NCBI RefSeq assembly: GCF_009914755.1
Contig: NC_060930.1
Origin: the human T2T-CHM13v2.0 reference genome, Homo sapiens
DNA: 64,000 nucleotides
Reading direction: 5' to 3' (one strand)
In this document: positions 51,719 through 64,000 of the stretch, piece after piece
How positions within the stretch are numbered: the first letter of the stretch is position 1
Layout of the letters: each line of letters begins with the position of its first letter
The notes under the pieces: model-generated
The model's input: only the letters and a program-made list of their open reading frames with translations
The model's database searches: none
What the model was told of the DNA's origin: nothing
Made by a program: the position numbers and the translations under genes

Positions 51719-53989
51719 GGGGGGTTGGGAGGGGAGAGAGAGAGAAAGAGAAAAAGAGATTAAGATTTCATGTGTTTCTAACCTACAGGATTTCTCTAAA
51801 CATGCTGTGCAGGTCATCCAGCAATGGAGAATATAGAAAACTTCCAGAGATAGAGAAGCCCTTCTGCTTCCAGCCCCCTGATAAGGTATAAGAGAGACAG
51901 ATTTTTAATAATGTATATCCAAATAGGAGAGAAAAAGATTCTGAAACTCTAACCTTGAGACGACTCTAACCCTACATATGATATATGACCAGCAGCCACA
52001 TGTTTTCCATCATTTTAAAATAGACTTTTATGTATTTTAGAAATGTTTTCCATAAGCATGTATTTCTTCAACAATCACAAAACATTAAATTTATAATAAA
52101 ACGAATATGAAGATGAAAGAGAAGAGACCCACAGAGTCTTTTCTACATTTTTCCATCCTGAATTATACACACACACACACACACACACACATGCACACAG
52201 AGGTTTTATTTTTAAAACTAAAATGGTGGTTTTTAATGGGAACCAGAGGTTAGACAATTACATAGTCCAGCACAAAAAACCTGCGGGTGATCAGGAGTTG
52301 GAAGGTTACAAAGTAATGAAGGTAACACTGGATGTAAGAAGAAAAACTGTTCCAGAATCTCGGGAGTCAGGCTAATACAACCTCTCCTGCAATCCTGTCT
52401 GTGCTCACTCCTGGAGCCCATCTTGCCAAGGCCAAAGCTGCCTCTGTCCTCACCACCCCAACCCCCTTGGAAGTCCTTACAGTCCCCACCACAGCCCCAG
52501 TAGCCACCTTGATCATAGCCTCCTCTGCCACCATGACAATCATCTCCATAGTTACCCCCATATGAAACTTTTCCTGCAGCCTGGAAAAGGTCGTCTTGGG
52601 CAGAAAGCTGTGCTGCTGTCCACCATGAGGGGTCAGCTGGGGACTCCCCGCACAGGGACTACAGGCTGCAATACAAAGTGGTGCACGAAGGATCTAGAAC
52701 AGACCACATGCCTTCCTCACATGGAATTTTAACAGAGCCCAGCATCTGACACGGATCAAAACAGCATCTGCAGGGACTGACTCTGGGTCACCCCAGCCCA
52801 GCCCAGTATGCAGGTAGCTCCAGGACCCAGGTGCCTTTCTTGTCACAGCCTTGGAGTGTCAGGGGCTGTGCAATGATCAGGCTCAGCCAGAGGGCTTGGG
52901 GCGTCACAATAGCTAAGGAGAAGCTTAATGCCAGAGAGAGAGGTGCAGGGTTGATCCTCAGTTTCCACACCGCGGATTATCCTGGGGGGCTTCCAGCATT
53001 TTGCACTGGGAAGCCGCAGCCGATTTCAGGAGTCATGTGATCATTGTGCACTTCTCTCCAAGGCAAACCCACTAGGAGCCCTGGGCTCACCTTGGCTCTT
53101 GCTTGACACCATCCTGGGGTCTGAAGAGAGCTGGAAGTGATTCCTGGACTGGCTGCTGTGGGTGTGGCTGGGTTTTCCCAGCTTCCTGGTGGAGAGTTTC
53201 CAGGGGGTTGAGGGAAGAGTCCCCTTCTTGGGAAGGCTGAATGCCCTGATCTCCAGGCTGGGGACCCTCTGGCTGGATGGACCCGGCCCCTGTGAGCGCT
53301 CATCGCAGGTGGGAGAGCAGAGTTTGGGGATAGGGAGATTTGGCATCGCAGATCAGACCCGAGAAGTTGGTGGAAACCTGAGGCCAGCGGCTGCAGCGTC
53401 CTGGTTGACATGGCCATGGTGGTTGTGATCATCCCTACATGGCTGAGGACAGCCCCATGTGTGACCACACCATTACCCTGGAGCCACTGCGGGCGCTCTG
53501 CCATGGACGGCCATGTGCACACCACTTGCCAGTAACCCTTGCTCAGGGTGGCCTCGGAGGTGTGAAAACAGGAAGAGCTGGCCCAGTGTGGGAGTGTGGT
53601 TTTTTGGGGTGCTGTGAGACAGCCTCCAAGGCCCCTAGATATGGCAGAGCCGGATGCTCCACAACCACTTCCGTTTAGCAGCTTTGTTGAGATATAATTC
53701 ACGAGCCACACGAGTCACCTGTGGGGAGTGGAAGCTCATCGCAGGCCCTTTTGGACTTCATTTATTCTGTTGAGATGGTGGAAGGAGTCCTTGCCCTTCA
53801 AGAGATCCCTTTGTGCAGAGCCCCTGACCAAGAGGCCCACAGGAGCCCTGGGATTTTAAGTCACAGGGAAATAGGACCAAAAGAACCAATCTGGTCAACT
53901 CCTCTCCCCTCAGCCATGAAACTCTGGCTTATAACTAGGACACAAGCATTTTATTCTTCGAAAACTTTTTTGAAATATTGGAACAGAAC

Positions 53990-54149
53990 ACCACACAGAC
54001 ACACACACACACACGCACACATGCTTGCATACACATACTCGCGCGTGCACACACTGGCGTGTGCACACACATGGACACAAATGCACACACACTCGTGTGG
54101 GCACACACACACATATGCACACACACACGGACACACATGCACACACACA
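53990..54149 (+). repeat. Degenerate CA-rich tract
   Basis: Direct reading. Confidence 0.9.
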
Positions 54150-55176
54150 AAGACCCTGACATGGCAGGACCTTGGGAAAGGCAGCCCACTTATAATACTG
54201 TGAAAATGGGGGGCGGGGTCTCACTCTCTGTCTCTCTCTCTTTTCTCAGCCTTTTGAAATGCTTGTTTTGAGATAAATTGCTCACATCTGTGGAATCCTG
54301 CCTTCCATTCTGTGGCATTTGAGTCCCTTCTTGCTTCCCTCCCAATGCCCTGGGCTTGGGTCCTGTCTTTTACTTTTGGTGTCTCACTGTAAACATTGAG
54401 GAAGGACTTCCGGTGCGTGGAACACACAACACTTATATTTAGTTTGATGTCCCCGCCAGTCCTAAATTAAGCCACCTTCCTCCACCAGATTATCCTCTAG
54501 AATTGGTTTAATGATGATAACATTATTCATTTGACAACAAGAAATTGAACATTGTTTTTTTGTTTGTTTTATTTTCTGTTTTTTGCCTTGACCCAGACAG
54601 CTCTTCTAGCCAGATAAGTGGTATTTTACATTGGAAGCAATTATCATTGTAATTACAGAGATGGCTGTCATCAGAAAGGTGATATTCTAGGAAAAGTGTC
54701 AGAGGCTCCAGGCCACTTTGTTCCAGAATCCACCCTTGTAGGCAAACTCAGAATTTTTAATCCGTTTCTTCGCCTCTCTGTCTGCTCTTTGGAAGTCAGC
54801 CCGTGTCAGCTTTGGATGCCACTTCCTGGTTTGGCTGGAGGTCTTCTGAAGGCTGGCTTCTAGAGTATTTCAAGCTGACTTATTGATCTATCTGGTGATT
54901 TTGAACCTTTGGTCAAGAATGTAGTGCATACAAATTGCAGTCACAAAATCACATAAGCAAAAATTGTAATTTTTTTCTACAATTAAGCTACATTTTTATC
55001 CTGAACTTCTTTTCTGTCTAATGGTTAGAAAACCTAAACTAGTCAATTGCAGGTAAACTCAATTTCATGATCCAGCAGCCCTTTCGTGCTTAAGATCAGT
55101 TAAGATCAGGATTTTCTGCCAGTTTTTTTGCTAGCTTCTCATCACGGGGAGGTTGGATGGGTGGTAGCTTACCTGG

Positions 55177-55600
55177 TGTGGTAGGTTGCAAGTATGGCCT
55201 GACTTCACCTCTCCCTCTATTCTGCCGTTTGCCACATAATTCTCGTGTGTCCACCCACGGTGATGCCAGCCTCCGTCGCGGGACCTGTTTTGGCCAATGG
55301 GATACCAGCAAATGTAAAGCAATTAGAGGCTTGCAAAGCACTTGCATGATTAGACTTGCTTGATCTTCCCCTCTGCCCTTGCCAGGAGAAGGACATGCCC
55401 ATGCCAGCCTTTGGATCCCAGGAGAAGAACGAGAGGCAGGTGAGCACAGCTGGCTCACCTGGATGGGATGGAGGCCACTGTAGCCAGCGTATGAGAAAGC
55501 AGCTCACAGCTACTGCAGGCTCATGGGAAACCCTGCATTAGGGGCACTGAGCCTGGCAGGCTCGGAGCTGAATACGTGTTCCCTGTGGTTAGGCAGCATC
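55177..55600 (+). mobile_element. MaLR LTR (MLT1F-H-like)
   Basis: tgtggtaggttgca...ttttggccaatgggata...agaggcttgcaaagcacttgc. Confidence 0.65.
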
Positions 55601-55696
55601 ACAGTGAAGAGACCATGCACACGAGGTTGTGCTATCTAGGGGAAGTATCTGCCCTTCTTGCACTTGCATTTGCAGAGATAGGAGGTCTTCCTTTTA

Positions 55697-56314
<618 letters not shown>

Positions 56315-56924
56315 TCATCATTACCCTGGTCCCCAGGAAAACATCTTGACTCCATCCCCTAGTCCCCATGGAATGAATTTGTCTGCACAGCCTCCCAGAC
56401 CTCCAGACAGGAGCTAAGCCAAGCCCTCTGTGCTCACATCCAAAACCTGTCTTACCGATCTGTTGTTGCCCGCCCCCACCTCCCCCAACTCCCCTAGCAG
56501 TTCCAAACTGTTCCTGGCTGCCCCCAGGAATAGTCGGGAACCCCCTCATGCCTGTCTGCTATCCTTATTGTCCTGCCTCCCCTCCTCCCTGGACATCAAT
56601 CCCTTTCTACAGGATTCTCCAACAGTGAAGCTTCCTCTCCCTCCAGTCTGATAGTCTTCATGAAGCCTTTAAGTGGGGTCATCTGACTTTTCATCTCTTC
56701 TCTTCCCACTTCATGTATGCAAGTTGCTGGCACACATTTCCGACTGGGTCCCTTCAGGGCTTAGCCACTCAACTTCTAAATGCCCAGCGCTTGCTTTCAA
56801 GACCATTCTCTGTGATGAGATTCAAGAATTGATTTTAATCTGAAAAGCCAAGAACTTGACCCCCACTCCCCTATACGTCTGGGTTCTTTATATTTTCTGG
56901 TTGTATTTCCAGATTAACATTGGC

Positions 56925-57511
<587 letters not shown>

Positions 57512-58114
57512 TAAAAAATAATTGGAAGAGGGTGGTAACTTGATACATTAAGAAAATATATGTGAAAGAAACCTCAGTTAATGCCCCCAAAGTTTATCCT
57601 ATCACAAGAGTATGATTAAATTGAGAACCTCCTTTTGATTTGAGGCGATTGGCCAGTCAGAGTGTGGAACAAAGTTGAGTGAGTTTGAGTGCTGAGCAAG
57701 AAAGCGCTGGCTTGGCAGAGAGCTGTCTGGGAGAGCTGCGTTCCACTGTCAAGGCTGATGCCATCGGTGGGCCGCTGGGCAAATCACTTAGCCTCTCAAA
57801 GCCTCAATTTCCTCCTCTACAAAACAGGGGGTTGGATCAGAAGATATTTTTGGTCCATTCCAGCTTTGAAGTTCTGTGACCCAGGATTCATGCCAAGAAC
57901 AATTAAGGCCAGAGCCAGATTTCTGATCTTGCTGAATTGACCACCTCTCCTTCTTTCAACTGACAGTTTTCCTTTCAGTTTCTAAATCTGATCGTTGCTA
58001 TAATTGTTGGGCATTGACAATGGACGTGGGATGACAGCTGGACCCCCATGCAAACATCAGAGTGAAACAGGACAAAGATCATGGGCTTTGAAGTGAGACC
58101 AACCCAGGCTTTAC

Positions 58115-58600
58115 GTTAGGAGGTGTTCAGCTGAAAATAACTTACAAATACCTAACAGTGGCTTCAACCATAAGGACATTTGTCACTTTCTCACCAAGAA
58201 GTCTGGAGGCAGGTGACCCTCAGATTGGTTTGACAACTCCATGATGCCATTCTGGACCTGGGCATAGTCCAAGCTTCCATTTTGCATCTTCAGCTTGTTG
58301 GCTTTCTCCATGTCACCTCATGGGTCTCAGAAGGCTGCCACAGGCCACACACCTGACTTCCATAACATGTCCACAGACAGGAAGGAGACATGGATCAAGA
58401 GGCACTGGTCCTTGAACTGTTCCCCACTTTTTACCAGGGAGAAAATCTTTCAAGAAGCCCCTCCTCCCAAAGCTTTCTCTTCTATCCCATTGGCCAGAAT
58501 GGGTTACATGCTCATCCCATAGCAGCCCCTGCCAAAGGGGAACAGGATTCTTGTGACCAGCTAAGACCAATCACAATTTATCTCCTGGGGCCAGCCAGAT
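58115..58600 (-). mobile_element. Old MaLR LTR (MLT1K/L-like)
   Basis: aacagtggcttcaaccataagg...aagaagtctggaggcagg...cattggccagaatgggttacatg. Confidence 0.65.
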
Positions 58601-58615
58601 TGCCATAAAAAACGA

Positions 58616-58902
58616 GGTGCAGGCAGTGCTGTGATTCATGCCTGTAATCTCAGCACTTCAGGAGGCTGAGGCAGGAGGATCACTTGAGTCCAGGAGTTCG
58701 AGACCAGCTTGGGCTACATAGTGAGACCCTGTCTCTACAAAAAAATTAAAAGAATTAGCTGGATGTGGTGGCAGTAGTCCCAGCTACTCGGGAGGCTGAG
58801 GTGGGAGTATTGCTTGAGTCTGGAAGTGTGAGGCTGCAGTAAGCCATGATTGTTGCACTGCCCTCCACCCTGGGTGACAGAGTGAGACACTGTCTCAAAA
58901 AA
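58616..58902 (+). mobile_element. Alu (AluJ-like)
   Basis: Dimeric Alu with a short A-tail. Confidence 0.9.
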
Positions 58903-60259
58903 GGGGGGGCGGAGCTGCAAGTTGGTAGGCAGCTAACAGGATCTGCCACACTGGTTTTTAATTTGGGCTCCATTTAATTGTCTGAACAAATCACTCAGCA
59001 TTCATGAGCCCCATTTCCAGCATCTGAAAAATTTCCAGCATCTGAAAAATAGGATAATCATTCTCACTTCACAGTGCCGTTGGGAGGACTAAGTCAGAGA
59101 ATATGTGGACAGTGTCCAGGAGATTTGACCAGACCACACATGTCCCCTTGTTCTTCCTGATGTTACTATGGATGAAGGTAGTGGGGCATGGGCTGTGCCG
59201 AGCTGTCTATTCCCAGGTTTCAGTTTCAATAAACTCCATTTCCACAGCAAGACACGCATGAGTGTTGCCAAAGTCAACATGCTCAGCTCGCGTGTTTACG
59301 GCTGCGGCACCTGCTGCTCTAACGGGGCTCTGGGCTGTTCTGTACATATTGGTTTTGGACAGTGGCTGCGGCGATTTTGTCTTCAGATTTCTTATGGGGG
59401 AGATTTAGCATCTGGCAACATGGCCTCTAACTGCGAGGAGTCTCCTAACAAGCACTGTGGTCGGCCGTGTCCTGGAATCGGCCTTCTGTGAGGAGAGGAA
59501 AAAAGCATTGCTTAGACAAGGCACTGATTCCGTAGGACAAGGTGGCCCGTTTCATGCCCTATTGGGATCTAATGGGCATCTTAAACTTGCAAGCTCAAGT
59601 TGAACTTGGGGGTTTCCTGTTCTCTCCCCTCACAGCCAATCTGCCCGCCCCCTCTCTAAACAGAGCCCAACCCGACCTTGTTCTCTTCTCCTCTTCTTTA
59701 TCCCGCTCACTCTCCTGCAATAGGCCCTGTCTGTTCCCCAGCCCAGAATGGCCTCCCGGTGACTGCGCAGAGAGAGAAGCCATGCCAGAGCTCGCTGCTG
59801 CTTAGACCCTTCTGAGGCTTTCCACTGCGAGAGGAACCCAGTCCAGATCTTTCCCTGGGCCCCAGGCCTTGTGATCTGGCCCCAGCTACCCCTCAGGTCC
59901 CTCTTCTCACACAGGGCCAGCCTCAGGGGCACTCGGCATCTGCAGGGGCTGTGACCTGGGGACCCCGACCAGGGCATCGCTCTGCTTCCCTTTTGAAATT
60001 CTGACCCGCTGTTGAACAGGAGGCCGCATTTCCTTCTGCAGTTGATCCCACAGACTCTGTCCTGTCCCCACACTCTTTCTGTCAGTCTCTGAACACCCAA
60101 AGCTCCCCCTTTCTTCTTGGGGCTCAGGACTGTTCCCCAGCCCTTGAAGTGGACCTGCCCTCCCAGCAAGGACTCCCCTGCCTGGCACTGCCCCGAAACC
60201 CAGCAGGCTCTGCCATCGCGCTGCGTGGCCCAGCTCCTCACAGCCCTTGCCCTCCCTGT

Positions 60260-60424
60260 AAGCTATCTTCTGTATTTGTGGTGTCTGGTTTCCCCTACAC
60301 GCCAAGCTCCAAGTGAGCTGTGCCACCTGTGTGTGTACACTGGAACCCCCATGCTTAAGACAGCACCTGGCACATACAAACAGAGCGTGCACTCAGGAGA
60401 ACTGTTGAATGAATGAATGAATGA
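60260..60424 (+). mobile_element. L2 3' end with (GAAT)n tail
   Basis: cagcacctggcacata...tgttgaatgaatgaatgaatga. Confidence 0.75.
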
Positions 60425-60715
60425 AGAGCATAAAGCAACCATCTGATTCCAGAATTTAGATTCTGTTTTAGGCTTAGAGGAAGTAATTTAAAGGCACAAA
60501 AAGTGTTGCTCAAAGGAAGAGTTAATATTCTGTGATTTTGATTTGGGACAGGGGTCACCGAAGGAGAGGAAAATGAGTACGGCCATCCCTTTGCTGTACT
60601 GGCGCTGGCCTCTCAAAAGATGTGGTTAATAGGGTATTCGGAATATTCAGTGAGAGGCTCTAATGCTTTAATAAAATTAGGACTGAGGTAAAGGACAATG
60701 CCCAGAAGAGCTGCC

Positions 60716-61101
60716 ACCACACACATACACACACACACATATACAAACACATACACAAACACACACATACACATACATGAATACACACATGCACACACAT
60801 ACACATACACACAAACACACACATACACAAACATGTACACATGCACACATGCACATACACACGCACACACATGCACATACACATGCACGCACAAATGCAC
60901 ACACCCATGCACATACACAAACACACACATACACACACATGCACACACATACACACACACACAAAAACATACACACAATGTTACACATACACACATTCAT
61001 ACACACATGCACACACACATACACACATGCACATGCACGCACACACACACACATACACACGTACACATACACACATACACATATACATGCGCACACACAT
61101 G
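60716..61101 (+). repeat. ~385-bp degenerate CA/CATA/CATG tract
   Basis: Direct reading. Confidence 0.95.
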
Positions 61102-62403
61102 AGTTTAGGGCAGCAGTATCCCTTCTGAGTGGCCGCAGGTGCTTTGCAGAGAGACCGCACACAGCCCTGACCTGTGTCTGGCAGGGGATCCAAGGGTATA
61201 GACGGGTCGGCCCGAGTGAGGTTCGCACTCCCCAATTCCAGGATGCTGAGGTCCTGCCGCCTCTGCCCTCAGACCCAGCTCCGTGCAGCACCTTTGAGAT
61301 CCGGGGTGATCCCCATCGCCCATGCCTGTGCTCTGGTCTCCTCTAGAGAAGGCCAGGAGTTGATTTTGGGTTTGAGGACAAAAAATTAGTCTCCCTCCAA
61401 GAGGCCTAACACGGGGCCCCAGTAAGTGCCCCGAGGCGGCTTCAATCTCTCAAGCTGGCCATTTGCACTAAGCTGCCGTGAGCACTGCACAGGATGATGT
61501 AGGAAAAGGCTGGTGAGCACGTGAGAGGCTCTGCACGCAGCCGTGGCTTCTCCGCCAGCTGTCTCGGTTCTGAACAAGAGAACACACCCTGACCAGTTTG
61601 TGTAGAAGGGGAGTTATTACAGTGTATGCAATGGTCCGTGGGACCACTGCGAGGGCTGCAGAGACAGGTCAAGACCGAGCTTCCAGGATCAGTGCTGAAA
61701 ATCAGCTCCCCAGCCACTGCACTGCCACCCACACCCATGCGGCTTCTGCATGGAGCTGGGAGCGGCAGCTTGGGCCACTGCAGCCCCAACTGCTGTCACC
61801 ACGAGAACTAGGGGCACTTGCTTCCACCTGCGCCGATGAAAAGGAACCCACAGAGCCTGTTCCCGCACATCACTCCCTGGCAGCTGACACCTCCTTGGGC
61901 CGCATCTGGCGGTAGAGCCTGCGTCCTCACTGCAGGGGGAGCTGGGCTTTGAATCCTGGCTTCCATGTCGAGAAGTCAAGGCTCGTAACAGGGGATTTCC
62001 TCCAACAGAGGAAGGTTACTTGGAGGAAGAGGGGCGTGACACCCAGGATGAGCTGGCCTCTCCTAAGTTGCGGTCAATGGGGAACTCTGCACCTACAGGA
62101 GCAGCCCCAGTCTGTGAGCTGCAGGGAGCATGAGACACAAAAGAAACCAACAAATAACAGGAAGCTTCAGAAAGTGTCCTTCACCCAGGCCGAGGGCTTG
62201 GCTTCTGCATCCGAGGCCCCCTGGGCATAGGTCTCTGTGGGTGCCTCGCCTGGTACCTGTGGGGAAGGGGGCAGCAGGCCTGGGCAACAGAGCCCTGGAT
62301 GTTCAAAGCCAGCACCGTGGAGCTGGGCAGCCTCTGCCGGCTGGGGAGTTCTGGGTGCGGGTACTGTACCAGGCCCTGTGGCTCCTGATGGCTCCTGCTT
62401 TGA

Positions 62404-62872
<469 letters not shown>

Positions 62873-64000
62873 TAGCCCAGTGAGGTAGGTGTATCCCTAC
62901 TTGACAGGGAGGACAGTGGTGCGCAGAGAGGCTGGCACGAGGAGGCAGTGGCAGCCTGGCCTGGGACTGTGCTCTGAGCCACTCGGTCAGGCTGTTGCTT
63001 CGCGAGGTGTGGACATGAGCTGCCACTTCACTCCCATGCACACTACAAACCAATGGGCCCCGTGGGCCCCACACATCACTCACAAGGTGCAGCATGACAA
63101 GCCTAGGTTGGGAGTGATGGATTCATTCTCCAGAGAACAATGACATCCCATAAGAATCCCACCTGAGTTCCTCCCCCAAGGAGCCATTTCTGTTCCCTGA
63201 GGGGTGAGGTGCAGAGTGGGGATGACCCTTGCACCCCAAGTGTGTGAGGAAGAGGATGAAGCTCCTCTTGTCTCAAAACTACAGAGAGTTGAGGACAGAG
63301 AACTCCTCTGAGACCAGAATAGGACGAGAAAGAGGGATTTTCCATCTACTCCACAACAGAAGGCCTGGGCCAGGGTCATGACGAGTCAGGGCCAAGACCC
63401 CTTGACCATGGGCCAAGTTTCCAGAGAGAACACAGCCAACCCTGCAGGTTCTGAAGAAAATGAGGCTGTGCTTGAAGATTGCTCTCGCTCAACCCGAACC
63501 CCGACTTGCCTAGTGGACTTAGTCAGCTGGCAGCAGACACTCAGAGTGTGAGGGGCCGTGGCTTGCATGGCCATCTATTCACTCACAGGCTATTGTTGTT
63601 AGAAAAGAATTTGCAATAGGATATGTGCAAGCAAAACACAAAAGATGTAAAATATATTTACAAGACCCAGGAGAGTGGTTAGAAACAAAATCAAGAGAAG
63701 GATAAAACGAGAATGCAAATAGGCAAGCTGTAGGAAGCCGCCTGAGGTCCCTGGCCAGCCCGCACGTTTGGTTTTGAGATTCCTCATTGCAGGAGTGAAA
63801 AGAGATCCGGTCAGGATCCAGACGCCTGTGCTTTCCAGTCTCCCTGGTTCCTGGCTCCCGAGGCTGTCTCTGCAAGGGCCTTTCCAGGTCAGAAGTCCTG
63901 CTTTCCGTCTGTTCTCACAGGAACCTCCCCTCCCACGCATTCCCTTCCTGTCCTCATTTTTCTGGCCCTTCTCTGGATTTATTTTCAGAAGCCTTTTCTT

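Overview
Primate (almost certainly human, 6q25.3) genomic DNA. Bases 1-1419 are the 3' part of the large terminal coding exon of ARID1B (BAF250B, C-terminal ARM-like BAF250_C domain). A ~2.9 kb 3'UTR follows, with AATAAA hexamers at 2762, 3856 and 4256. The remaining ~60 kb has no recognisable protein-coding exon. It holds Alu, L1, L2, MIR, MaLR and DNA-transposon relics, an orphan CpG island (~29.3-30.65 kb), minisatellites and several enhancer-like unique blocks. Main observations, all read by hand: (1) the proximal ARID1B 3'UTR has collinear complementary blocks that predict a nested, G-U-rich RNA architecture. A ~260-nt rod hairpin (2188-2450) sits inside a perfect 11-bp helix (1753-1763/2480-2490) and a ~125-nt long-range duplex (1624-1748/2561-2687). 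(2) A complex templated-insertion scar: a 50-bp fold-back palindrome is fused to a 245-bp, 95.5%-identical inverted copy of sequence 3.65 kb downstream. (3) A 78-bp non-Alu inverted repeat at 40.2/41.2 kb carries FOX/SOX/E-box motifs. (4) An E-box/TGCACAC-rich VNTR shows higher-order structure. (5) An old L1 end appears to have turned into a CpG-rich NRF1/ETS element. Repeat subfamily names come from recalled consensus sequences and need RepeatMasker/Dfam confirmation. No folding or alignment program was run.
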